This document shows, in pieces, positions 53,301-64,000 of a stretch of DNA of 64,000 nucleotides. The first letter of the stretch is position 1. Each line of letters opens with the position of its first letter. The position numbers and the translations under genes are program-made. This DNA comes from Eledone cirrhosa (taxonomy: Eukaryota): assembly GCA_964016885.1 (NCBI GenBank), contig OZ024751.1, positions 42,036,001 to 42,100,000 on the forward strand, written 5' to 3'. A model generated the notes under the pieces. It did no database searches, was not told the origin of the DNA, and saw only the letters and a list, made by a program, of their open reading frames with translations.

Positions 53301-56300
53301 TATTCTAAACCTCCCTTCCATCCAGAGATACAGTGTACCTATTCTAAACCTCCCTTCCATCCAGAGATACAGTGTACCTATTCTAAACCTCCCTTCTATA
53401 CAGAGATACAGTGTATCTATTCTAAACCTCCCTTCCATGCAGGGATACAGTGTACCTATTCTAAACCTCCCTTCTATCCAGGGATACAGTGTACCTATTC
53501 TAAACCTCCCTTCTATACAGGGATACAGTGTACCTATTCCAAAAGCTTACGATACACACTGTAATAGAGTAGAATTAACAATTTATGTCAATGCATTAAC
53601 ACAAGTGTACTACTGTGCAGGAAGTATGAAACTTTCAGAATAATGGAAGGTATCCTGATTAAGGACCCTTTTGATCACAAAAGACCCTCTTCGGTCACAA
53701 ATGACCATGGGGTTAGCACCTAGCAAGTTTCCCTTCCGTGACTCAAGCCCAGGCAATGTTTTTTGTTTTTTTTGTGGAATACCAGCAGCTGCTCATACAT
53801 ACCAGTCTCTCCTCTCCATACCACCGATGTTGTCCAATATAAAGGCAAAGGCCTATACAACTTGAAACCAGTGATGTCACAGCTCATATATACACTATAC
53901 TATATATGATGTTGTCTAACGGAAAGGCAAAGGCTGGTACAATTTTGCACCAGTGACATCACAACTCCTTTCTACAACTGAGTAAACTGGAGTAACATGA
54001 AATAAAATATCTTGTTCAAGAAGTCAACACACCACCTCCGTCAGGGAGTTACCTGCAACCTCCTGATTGTGAATTCAATGCTCTGACCACTAAGCTACAT
54101 GCCTTCACAATTTCAGTTATGAATGATAAGTAAATCTAACCCACTTTTACATTGTGTGTGAATTAGAATGCAAATAATACCTTGATGACACATACCTCCA
54201 ACACTTAACAACCTGTAATTATTTAACATGTATACTATAAACATGTTTATAGTATACTAAGTGGAATGAGGATAGACCAGAGAATATATTTATATATTTT
54301 TTTTTAATATACTCACTCTAGGCAAGGCAGTAAAGTCACTGAAATGGAAAAAGTTTCTGAGAAGTAGAGATTAAATATTCATTTTATGAAGGCTAAAATA
54401 GTGAGTCATGTTACTCTGGAGTTTCGGAAACAAAATTATGTAGGAAGATTTTAATTTAAATAGAAAAACTTTAAAATGAGAGGTTTTGTTTCATAGAACT
54501 AGAAGTGGTTTTGTGCAGGTTTGTTATCAAAAGGGTCACTCATATTGTTGTTTGTTTTTTCTAACTTTGAAACTTTTTTTTTTTTTTTTTTTCACAGGAG
54601 CTCTGGTGATTCTTTATATGAATTATTAGGAGTTAAAAAGAATGCTACCAATGAAGAAATAAAAAAGGCATTTAGAAAGGTATGGAATTGAATTTGGATA
54701 TTTGTTTCCAATTGTGTGGATTAAAATATTTTTTTCTAAAATTATAATGGGCCCACTTACACCAGCTCACCTTTTGACTTATGTGTATCAAATGAAAGTT
54801 TATAGAGAAACTTGCCCAAGATAACAACTACAATTGCTGAAAGACAGTTACAATTTACAGGACATTGCTGGGGATGTAAGCACAAAGCTATACACAAATT
54901 ATTATTGTGGGAACTAACACAGGGGAGAAACAATAGAGGAAGACCTGCTTGAATATTCATTGATCAAACCTCAAGAGAGGGCTATGGAAAATGTTAAATT
55001 GTGGAGAGATTTTGTCAGGAATGATCAACTGTGGTCGCAGTAATGATGAGGATGTATATCACTTAATTTGAACAATTTTAGTGACATAACACTCAACAAA
55101 ATTAAATGTATTATACTCATGAATGCAAACCAACTTTTTTAGACTAATTGTTCATGCTGATTTCAAAATTTCATTCCATTTGTATGCAGCACGTATCAGT
55201 TTTTCAGTAGATACATGCAAACATTTACAAATTTGTATATATGAAATCATTAACGTAATAAATAAGGACATATTATTTTTAGAAAGTAAATGAGTTTATT
55301 GAGTTAAAAATCATTCTACAAAGAGTGAATACACAAAAAATGGGTCAGACAAAACAGACCAAGTTAGAAACATTGTGATTTGGATTTCCTGCGGTGTTCC
55401 TGATCTGGTTGATCACGGTAAAGTGTCCAGCAGTAGTCAGCTAGCATACTGTCATTCCAGAAGCCTTGGTACCGTTTCTCCATAGCACTAATGTCCTGGT
55501 GAAATCTTTCACCGTGTTCATCAGACACTGCTCCAAGGTTATTTGCGAAGAAATCCAGATGGGAATCCAAGAAGTGAACTTTCAATGACATACGACAACC
55601 CATTGCTGAGTAATATTTCAGAAGATTCTTGATGCCATCCTTGTAGTCCATTTCCTTCTTGTTGCCCAAAAAATTCTCACAGATCCAATTGAAAGCATTC
55701 CAGGCAGGCAGTTCCAGTTCATCCAGTGTTGTCTTGAAGTTGACATCTTTGAGTACTTCTCTAATTTGGGGTCCAACAAAGATACCTTCTTTCAACTTCG
55801 CCTGTGTGATTTTTTTGAAATTTTTCTACAATATAATCAAACCCGCTGGCATTTCTCTTCCCTAGTCTCTTTACAAACTGTTTCATCAGTCCAAGCTTTA
55901 TGTGCAAAGGAGGCAATAAGACATTACATGGAACTACAAGATGTGTATTCTTGACGCTAGACAGTCCTGGATTGTATGATGTTTTTGTCTGCCAGTTTGA
56001 TTCCGAATAATGTCTGTTAGTTGCCCGACTATCCCATAGACATAGGAAACAACAGTATTTTGTGAAACCTGACTGCATTCCCATTAACATTCCAATTACT
56101 TTTAAATCTCCACATATTTTCCACGAGTGTCTTTCATAGGCAATGGCATGAAGTAAAAGTTCCATATTCTTATATGATTCATGAAGATGAATGGAGTGTG
56201 CAATAGGAATGGATGGCTTCAAATTACCTTTATGGAGAAGTACAGCTTTTAAACTTCGTTTTGAAGGGTCAAACAAATGCCACTCTGCAGGATCATGATT

Positions 56301-59300
56301 TTGTGATAAACATTCGAAAAGTCCATCGATGTTACTGCAAAAGCAAAGCGGGCCTTCAACAGAAAAACATGTTTGTAGAACCACATTTCTCTGCCGAAAA
56401 TATGTTATACGAACATCGTGCTCTAGCAGATACTTCTCCTTCAGTCTTGATGCCAACAGTTCTGCTTTATCTTTTGAGGGGGATAGGTCTCTGACATGGT
56501 CATTCAGTTCAGCTTCGGAAAATTTCTGAGGTTCAAAGCTATCGTCATCAGCCACGTAATCTTCCCCAGCAGCACTATCGTGACAGTCAGCATCATCACC
56601 TGATGTTTGAATACCATCATTTGGTGGAACTGGAATTGGTAGACTTCCAATGTGAGGCACAGGTCTCATTGCAGAATCCAAATAGGGATACACAATTTTG
56701 TGTTTATTCTTCATAGAAAATCCTGTGACATTTACTTTGCAAAAATAAGTCATTAAAATGGTCTTTCGGCTACCTCCATATCATTGAAATGGCAAAAGGC
56801 ATGGACTTCTTATTGAACCAGTCACGTAAGCTGAGCAGCTAAAATGTGGTACCCATAACTTGTCCTGATCTCCAAGAGGACAGTCAAAGTATAGCTTAGA
56901 AATCTTCTTGATCTCTGGTGTTATTGTACGTTTTTGAACTTTCACAATAAATTGTCCACAGACATAACAAAATATATCAGGACGATGTCTACACTGTCTT
57001 GACATTGTTATCACTGTAAAACAAATAAGGAAATAGATACAAACGGTTATACTTATATTGAATTTGAGATGTTGAAATACCTATTTCATCAGACAAAACT
57101 TAATTGGTTAATTTAAGATGATGAAATATGTTGGTATGGACATGCATACACATCATTAATTGGAATTTCTATATAATGAATAAGCTAAAACCAAAAGCAC
57201 TTTCTCATCTTGAAAACTGTACGTGATGTCAAAATACTGATTGTATATTTGAAATCAGCATTAAAAATTGCACTAAGTACACATTGATGACAAATACTTG
57301 ATGACCAGTGTAATTAATCTTTTTATTCATAAGCTTGAAACATTACTTGATAAAATGTTTCTTAAATAAAATTATGGTGGAAGGTTTTAATATAAGCGAA
57401 CATTTTAAAGTGAGCTGTTTGCGTTTGTTTGTTTTCTTTTTGATTTTTTTTTTGTCACATTCTTAATAATATATGATATAATCCATTTTTTTTTTACAGT
57501 TAGCATTAAAATTTCACCCAGATAAAAATTTAGATGATCCTAATGCAGCAGAAAAAGTGAGTTAACAGTTTTATAATATCTAAATACAATTTGAAATTTT
57601 GTTTGTGTATTATTTGCTACACCTTATTCTCATGTGTATGGACCTATAACTACTGGTGGAATCGTATGGGGTGCTGTAGTGAGATATGGCAGAGTTTCTT
57701 GGGCATTTTTAAAACTTGGTGGAGCTCATCTCCTTTCCAGGTCTGAACACCACTGATTTCTTCCAGAGAAGGATAAAGAGTGAGAGAATGGAATAGAGGA
57801 AGAATTGACCCCAGTACTTAGACTGGTACTTTTTTTTCATTTTGATTTCAAAAGGATGAAAGGCAAAGTTGACCTCGGCACAATTTGAACTCAGAGAGCA
57901 GATAGCCAGAACAAATACTACAAAGCATTCTATCTGATGTTCTAACAATTCTGCCAATTTGTCACTGCACGTGTTATTATTCCTGCTGTATAAAAAAAAT
58001 AATTAGTCAACAGGGGACATGTCTTTGGATATTCTTGGAGTGAAAGGGAATTGTTTTTTTCTTTTTTTAGATGAATGTTATACCAAAAAGCTTAAATTAT
58101 GTGTGTGTGTGTGTTTGTATATATATATATATATATGATTTGTTTTCATGTCCACTCTTCCAAGCTGGGTTAGACAGAATGTTTTGATACAATGTTTTAT
58201 AACCAATGCCAACGCCTCTTACAACATGTAGGGATACATTGTACCCTATTCTAAAAACTGGGATACACACATTCACAGGATGTTTGGTCCATACTCAGAA
58301 TAGTATGACCCCATCACAAATGAAGAGATCATCATGGAATCCTACCACCATAAGATGGAAAATACTTGGTGTTGTGCTGCACATGCCCATGATGAGGTTA
58401 ATGAGGGCTTCTCTCAAGGGGAAGCCAGAGTGAGGGCATAGTAGGGAAGGTAAACCTGTGGAGGAGGCCCTGGCAACTATGGGCCTGGCATGGAAGCAGG
58501 TTTTTCACATGGCTTGTAACTGGCCTGCTGGGTAGAGATTTCTTGTCACTCAATGCTCCATAGAGAGCAAAATGAAAACACATGTATGTGTATAGGTGTG
58601 TGTGTGTGTGTGTATCCGGGTATGTATTTGTGTGTGTGTGTGTATAACTGATTCAGTGGCCCAGTGGTAGTGGTTAGAGACGGTGGAGATCTTGGTATAG
58701 GGTTCAATCTCAGTCAGAACCTATACTAATGTTTTAATGGAAGCACATGACTTAGTGGTTAGAGCATTAGCCTTGCAATCGAAAGGTTATGAGTTCAATT
58801 CTCAGACCGGGTGATGTGTTGTTTCCTTGAGCAAGACACTTTATTTCACATTGCTCCAGTTTACTCAGCTGTAGAAATGAGATGATAGGACTGGGGTCCC
58901 TATCATTCCACTGCAAAGTGGTCGTGGAAGGGCCACAGCAAAAAAGAAAAGCACACCCAGCCCACACTGTAAAGTGGATGTGTAGGCGCCATGGAAAAAA
59001 AAAAGCACCCAGCACTCACTGTAAATGAGGTTGGTGTTAGGAAGGGCATCCAGCTGTAGAAATCAAGCCAGAATCAGTTCCCGTCCCACCCTTGCAAGCA
59101 GGAAAAGCGGACGTAAAATGATGATGATATAAAGTAAAATTCAGTTTTAACAAAATTCATAGGATAGGAGAAAAAAATTTGTTGTAACGAAAAATTCTTT
59201 ATAACGAGATCGACCTAACACATCGAGCGTGTGGCCGGGGATTGAAATAAATTTTGTTATACTGCAAAATTTGTTATAATAGTATTTGTTCTAATGAAAT

Positions 59301-60659
59301 TTTACCTGTATATATAAACTAAAAGCTGTTGTAATGCAACAAATTCTTTCTAGAATGTTCTAACTAGTTTCTTCAAGATAATCCTAATTTTATTTTTCAG
59401 TTTAAAGATATTAACCATGCACACTCAGTCCTTCGTGATAATGCGAAACGACGAATATATGACCAGTATGGATCCCTGGGTCTGTATGCAGCGGAAACAG
59501 TTGGAGAAGAGAATGTTAGCTTCTATTTTCTGTTAAATAGTCGATGGGCAAAGGTAAGAGTTGAGCTTCTTTCAACATATTTCAAACTAAATTCCACTTT
59601 ATTAAATTACATGACATTTATCTCATCCTGATAAAAGAGAAATATTTAACTTGATGATGATGATAATAATAATGGTTTCTTATATAGGCACAAGGCCAGC
59701 AATTTGGAGGAAGGGGAAGTCGATTAAACTGACCCCAGTGCGTGACTGGTACTTTATTTTATCGACCCCGTAAGGATGAAAGGCAAAGCTAACCTCGGCG
59801 GGATTTGAACTCAGACCACAAAGGGCCGTAACTCTTTGCTGCAAAGCATGACCTCCGACCCTCTACTGATACTGCCAATCCACCTTCTTTATTGGCCACT
59901 AGGGCCCACATATAGGGGACAAAACAGTGGGGGGTTTACAATAAAATCAAGTAAAAAAAAAAAAAAACGGATTAACAAAAAGATTCCCCAATAGGGGGGA
60001 AAGAACCAGCCAGGGCGACTCAGGCACCCCACCTGGCCGTTCGAGGGCATGTGGGAAGGATACCCCACCTCAAATCAACCAGCCTACAGGCACATGCTCA
60101 GAGTAGGCCTATTTACAGGGGCCATTCTCGCAACATAAAGTACCAGTTCCGTACTGAGGTTGACTCCCCCCCCCCCCCCAAAAAAAATGTTGGCATTGTG
60201 CCTGAATCAGAAACGATTATAAAAGGGTAGAATCGGTAGAGCGCCAAACAACATGATGCTTTGCAACGTAGAGTTTATGACCCTTTACATTCTGTATTCA
60301 AATGCCACTGATGTTAACTTTGCCTTTTATCCTTATGGGATTGATAAAATAAAGTACCAGTTATGTACTGGAGTCAATTTAACCGATTTTCCTCTCCCAC
60401 TAAAATTGCTGGCCTTGTGCCTAAAGTAGAAACCATTATAAACTTCTGTAATTTACCTTGTTATATCTGCCTTAATTACCAATTATCATCTGTTTAATAT
60501 TACCAATTAATTTATTCTCTTTTCCAGGCTTTGTTTTGTTTTTGTGGATTGATAACATGTTGTTACTTCTGCCTGTGTTGTTGCTGTTGTTGCAACTTTT
60601 GTTGTGGGAAATTTAGACCACAAATGGACCAAGAGGACTTGGATTACTCATTCCTTCAC
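25086..60659 (+). CDS. DNAJC5: DnaJ subfamily C member 5 / cysteine string protein, 3'-partial: join(25086..25117,54598..54679,57500..57556,59401..59553,60528..60659), 152 codons
   Basis: The joined protein [22 protein letters not shown]...[15 protein letters not shown]...[14 protein letters not shown]...[25 protein letters not shown] has a J-domain with HPD followed by a cysteine string. Phases are consistent; no terminal exon was identified in the window. Confidence 0.92.
26960..27890. repeat. Compound array: AAGCTATATTATGTTATCAA core separated by variable (TA)n
   Basis: About 25 visible copies, interrupted at ~27606-27715. Confidence 0.93.
29810..30250. promoter_or_regulatory. CpG-enriched promoter-like island inside DNAJC5 intron 1
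   Basis: Locally high CpG; ETS-like CACTTCCG (29911), YY1-like AAGATGGCG (30039) and NRF1-like ACGCATGCGC (30191). Confidence 0.4.
33720..34020. repeat. 48-bp minisatellite, ~6 copies (GTAAAGTGGTAGTGCTGGTGTCACAATAAATAGCACCCAGTCCACTCT), inside a SINE/LINE tail
   Basis: Tandem units are followed by the GGCGTTAGGAAGGGCATC tail. Confidence 0.9.
35471..38645 (-). pseudogene. Degenerate mariner transposase fragment interrupted by the 38-bp array
   Basis: Minus strand before the array reads [18 protein letters not shown]...[11 protein letters not shown]...[16 protein letters not shown]; after the array it reads [22 protein letters not shown]. This matches mariner ...VTGDEKWI.YNN...TINS.VYC.QL...KRPELANRK.VVFHHDNARPH. 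Confidence 0.8.
35560..38435. repeat. 38-bp minisatellite, ~76 copies (GTGCTGGACACTTCTTGTGYCCAACTGGTCTCRGTACA)
   Basis: Homogeneous tandem array with four consecutive 35-bp deletion variants at ~36620-36760. Confidence 0.98.
39895..40545 (-). mobile_element. RTE-type LINE 3' fragment with 3' UTR and (CAT)n tail
   Basis: ORF ...[40 protein letters not shown], a relative of the 14.4-kb region. Confidence 0.85.
42126..53540. repeat. 39-bp satellite array, ~290 copies, ~11.4 kb (YATVCAGRGATACAGTGTACCTATTCTAAACCTCCCTTC)
   Basis: Continuous tandem array in DNAJC5 intron 1 with three main variable sites and one 37-bp unit at ~48180. Confidence 0.99.
54598..54679 (+). CDS. DNAJC5: DNAJC5 exon 2 ([27 protein letters not shown])
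   Basis: Poly-T tract with CAG acceptor, GTATGG donor; J-domain helices I-II. Confidence 0.93.
54790..55050 (+). mobile_element. Degraded LINE C-terminal fragment
   Basis: Translation [20 protein letters not shown]...[17 protein letters not shown] resembles RTE/CR1-type ends. Confidence 0.5.
55090..57310 (-). mobile_element. Chapaev3-like (CMC superfamily) DNA transposon, 2221 bp, bounded, with frameshifted transposase
   Basis: TAA|CAC...GTG|TAA ends give a 3-bp TAA duplication. Subterminal inverted motifs ATGCTGATTTCAAA and CACGTA(T)CAGTTTT occur at both ends. Family assignment is from recalled motifs, not a search. Confidence 0.78.
55364..57005 (-). pseudogene. Chapaev3-like transposase split over three ORFs
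   Basis: Motifs [31 protein letters not shown]...[59 protein letters not shown] and MLADYCW; at least two frameshifts. Confidence 0.85.
57500..57556 (+). CDS. DNAJC5: DNAJC5 exon 3 ([19 protein letters not shown])
   Basis: HPD motif; CAG acceptor and GTGAGT donor. Confidence 0.95.
58738..59128 (+). mobile_element. SINE family B copy with an extra 48-bp-type unit
   Basis: Near-identical to the 7283 and 15931 copies, with a duplicated GCACCCAG...CACTGTAAA segment. Confidence 0.85.
59129..59310. mobile_element. Possible Tigger/pogo-type MITE
   Basis: Imperfect TIRs TAAAGTAAAATTCAGTTTTAACAAA and TTTGTTCTAATGAAATTTTACCTGTA, flanked by TA. Confidence 0.45.
59401..59553 (+). CDS. DNAJC5: DNAJC5 exon 4
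   Basis: [51 protein letters not shown] with CAG acceptor and GTAAGA donor. Confidence 0.95.
59670..59885 (-). mobile_element. SINE family A copy
   Basis: Reverse complement of the 839-1025 element. Confidence 0.8.
60528..60659 (+). CDS. DNAJC5: DNAJC5 exon 5 (cysteine string, 13 Cys)
   Basis: [44 protein letters not shown] with CAG acceptor and GTAAGT donor. Confidence 0.95.
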
Positions 60660-61599
60660 GTAAGTATTTCATTACAGTCTTCTGTTGTGGTTTGGTTTTA
60701 TTTGTTAACATCTTTAACATAGTAATTATATTTATTTTAGTTATACTATTTTAATACTTAAGTTAATTTTTTAAAAATTTTATTATTACTAATGTTTTAT
60801 GGCTTGGAAATAATCATGCTTATATTAAAATGTAGCTTAAAATGCTACAAAATTAGATAAATAGTAATTTGTTTCTTTTTAATATTTTCTGATCTTTACT
60901 TTCTCTCTTTGTTGACCAGTTTTGTTTTGTTTTGTTTTTTTTCATTGGGTATTGAACTGTAGGGTTCTAAAATGGGTGTTGGGTTTAATTTAAGGTGTAT
61001 TTTGAGCTTAAACAAACTTTTTTTTTGTGGGGGCAAGGTTTTTTACCTTAGTGTTAGTCATTATTTGAATTTATTCCAACAATAATTCTCTAAAACTGCT
61101 TTAATATTTCTATAGACTATATTTCTTGTTATCTAACCCACCAAAAATGGCCATTGCTACTTTTATTGTAAACATTCACTAACAGAAATTTGTGTTGGCC
61201 AATCATATAAAAACAATAAGGATGTAGATAAATAATTGTGAAATTAATTATATTGCCAACTAGATAATAATAATAATTATTATTATTATATTTAAAGCAA
61301 TGGGATTTAATTTTATGTTGCAAAATTTATTAGAATTCCATTGTTTTTTTTTGTTATAAATTTTTTATAACAAAATATTTCTCTTCCTCTCGTTTCCTTT
61401 TGTTTTCGTCTCCAAAGTTCTGTTGAGATTTCAACATGTTTGTTGATTTATTTTTCTTCAATAATTCTTTATTTTCTGTATTCTTTAATTCCTTGTTTCT
61501 CTTGTTCAATTCCTTATTCTTTAATAAGAATAAGGAATTGAACAAGAGAATCTTTCCTGATTTCCTTGTCTATTCCAATATTCTTTAATTCCTGATTTC

Positions 61600-61945
61600 C
61601 TTGTCCAATTCTGTATTCTTTAAATCCTTGTTCTCTTTGTCTAATTCTGTATTCTTTAAATCCTTGTTCTCCCTGTCTAATTCTGTATTCTTTAAATCCT
61701 TGTTCTCCCTGCCTAATTCTGTATTCTTTAAATCCTTGTTCTCCCTGTCTAATTCTGTATTCTTTAAATCCTTGTTCTCCCTGCCTAATTCTGTATTCTT
61801 TAAATCCTTGTTCTCCCTGTCTAATTCTGTATTCTTTAAATCCTTGTTCTCCCTGTCTAATTCTGTATTCTTTAAATCCTTGTTCTCCTTGTCTTATTCT
61901 GTATTCTTTAAATCCTTGTTCTCCTTGTCTAATTCTTTATTCTTT
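61600..61945. repeat. 36-bp minisatellite, ~9 copies (TCTAATTCTGTATTCTTTAAATCCTTGTTCTCCCTG)
   Basis: 12-aa periodicity in the ORF track; embedded in pyrimidine-rich degenerate copies. Confidence 0.92.
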
Positions 61946-63444
61946 ATTCACTTATTCTCTTTATTCCATTCTCTATTCTTTAATTCCTTATTTTTCTTCT
62001 TCCAGTCTGTTTTCTTTCTCAATTCCTTACTTTTCATTTCCCATTCTATATTCTTTCGTAATTTCTTATTTATTGCTAATAGCTAACATTTCAACATTTT
62101 CCTTCAATCTTTTATTATTTATTTATAATATATACTTTATTTCATTCTCTAACACCACACTTCATCCTTTTATTTATCTTCCAATCACATAATTTTCTTC
62201 TACTTGGTTTCCTTTTAATTCCTTGCCCTTTGTCTCTCACTTCTAGAAATTATGACATACACAATATAAAGCTGGGTGTATGTTTGGTTTCAGTTAACTA
62301 TTTCTTGTATTTCCTCTATCTGTTTTTGGTTGGAAGCAAAGGTAGAAATAAGAACATAATCTAATATGTTAGATCCCTCCAAATCATTCATGTGACCTGT
62401 TGTACAAGTATTGCAATATGTGTGTAGAGCCTAGCTCTTTCTCTGATTTACATCCAATCATTTTAGCTAAAATGATTGGACGTTTGTCTCATCTTTAAGA
62501 GCATTTTAATGTAATGTGATGTGCAAAAGTCAGATTTCTATTTTTTTTTTTTTTTTAAAGGGGTTAATTCTAGCAATGGCATTTGTTAAAAATCCCATTT
62601 TCTCACACATATTTGTCAAAGCCCTTTTTCTAGCATGATATATCTTTCAAAAATCCCCTTTTCTCACAACAACATATTTGTCAAATCCTTTTTTCTAGCA
62701 ATGACATCATCATCATTGAATGTCCGTTTTCCCTATTAGCAAAAGTTGGACATGTCGTCGCAGACATTCCATTTTATCATGGTACCAACCCTAGGGAAGA
62801 TGTCATGTCCCTTGTGTAGCTGAAGAGTTTACTCAACTTTTTGTCTGACAGGTTTTCTATGGCTGGATGCCTTTCCTATTGCCTGTTGTTGAGGCTATCA
62901 ATCTTTAACTCATGGCTGGGGTGGATGGCTGTTGACTCTGAGGAGTTCATCTGTCCCTATGTATAGTAGTCAGTTGCTAAATTGAATCTGTGCTCTTGTT
63001 TTTGGTATCATTGAAATATTTAAAATTTGCTGCTCTTGGAAAAGGCGTAAATACCACTAATTCACATTCCAAAATTAATTCCTCTTTTCAGAGACCAGAA
63101 ATCTAAATTCGTGTAATTCGTTTTATTGGTATATTTATTCAGTTAATCATTGATTTGAATAATATTTTGATACTAATTACTTGAGTTATTCTTGTAAAGA
63201 ACTACAATAACTGATTAAATAATCTTCAACTTCATATCTTTTTAAAACTGATATTGGTAGGAAGGAGACTACATATCATGCCCTCCATCATCTCATCTAT
63301 GAATCATAATTTTTCACTAATGTACTAATGTATCGTCAGGCTTAGAGTAGGTACACCCTGTATTCTTGTGTCGTAAGAAGCGACTAAAAGGTTTAGTGTG
63401 AGGAAAAGCATCCAGCTGTAAAACATTGCCTCAAAAATTCCCAT

Positions 63445-63580
63445 CCAACCCAGCTCAGTCCAACCCAGCTCAGTCCAACCCAGCTCAGTCCAACCCAACT
63501 CAGTCCAACCCAACTCAGTCCAACCCAGCTCAGTCCAACCCAGCCCAGCCCAGCTCAGCTCAGCTCAGCCCAACCTAGCC
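63445..63580. repeat. 15-bp tandem repeat (CCAACCCAGCTCAGT) in a LINE/SINE tail
   Basis: About 7 copies decaying into pentamers; preceded by GCATCCAGCTGTAAAA. Confidence 0.85.
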
Positions 63581-64000
63581 AATGTCAGCTTGGAAAAGTT
63601 GACCTAAAAATGATAGTAATGATGTATTTCTGAACACTTTTTTCTGCCTTTATTTGCTTGCTTCTTAGTACTCTCTCATGGCACTCATCATCCAAATAAC
63701 ACATTAAAACAAAAGAAAGTCATTATGAAATATAGTGGACATCTTGGACTGTTAAGCTCTGAGAATATATATATACAGTTAATGTAAAGAACGATGTGCT
63801 TATGCTCAGAGATGCTTTAAAATAGTTTATTAAAAAAGGGTGAAGACCCTTTAAAAAAAAAAAAAAAAGTTGCCATCAGCCACTATGAGAAATTGAACTC
63901 CATATCTCAGATATAATGGTTTAAAGCACCTAGCTGGTATCTAGGAGATATGGGGCTCAATTCTTCATAGCAGCCAATGGCAACCTCTTTTTCCATCTTT

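Noticed and set aside
35560-53540. CRISPR-like arrays (repeat length 38-39 bp)
   Set aside because: Units are head-to-tail with no unique spacers, there are no cas genes, and the context is eukaryotic.
42032-53643. 1300-2000 aa repetitive ORFs on both strands ([39 protein letters not shown])
   Set aside because: The 39-bp unit lacks stops in several frames on both strands, variants show no codon-position bias, a 2-bp deletion at ~48183 breaks the frames, and the array is intronic. These are not structural or adhesive proteins.
63092-63106. DNAJC5 terminal exon (RPEI*)
   Set aside because: There is an acceptor-like TTTTCAG, but it would delete the usual CSP C-terminal domain; the real exon is probably beyond the window.

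Overview
This is AT-rich, intron-rich animal genomic DNA; the SINE, RTE-LINE and microsatellite landscape suggests an octopus or other coleoid cephalopod (inference). Two spliced + strand genes can be rebuilt by hand with canonical GT-AG junctions and consistent phases. CNOT11 (CCR4-NOT subunit 11) is complete: 12 coding exons, 4686-17502, 454 aa. A DNAJC5/cysteine string protein gene is partial: 5 coding exons, 25086-60659, with a 29.5-kb first intron and its 3' end probably outside the window. The rest is mostly repeats: tRNA-derived SINEs, RTE-type LINE fragments, a bounded but frameshifted Chapaev3-like DNA transposon with TAA target duplication, mariner and piggyBac-like MITEs, a Helitron-like 3' end and many tandem arrays. 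The very long ORFs at 35.5-38.5 kb and 42-53.6 kb are artefacts of 38-bp and 39-bp minisatellites. I found no convincing new protein system. The most unusual signals are: most larger minisatellites trace to transposon fragments (one amplified inside a mariner transposase), a candidate recursive splice site or 3-nt microexon in the DNAJC5 first intron, an inverted LINE pair around a CNOT11 exon, and several perfect template-switch-like hairpins.
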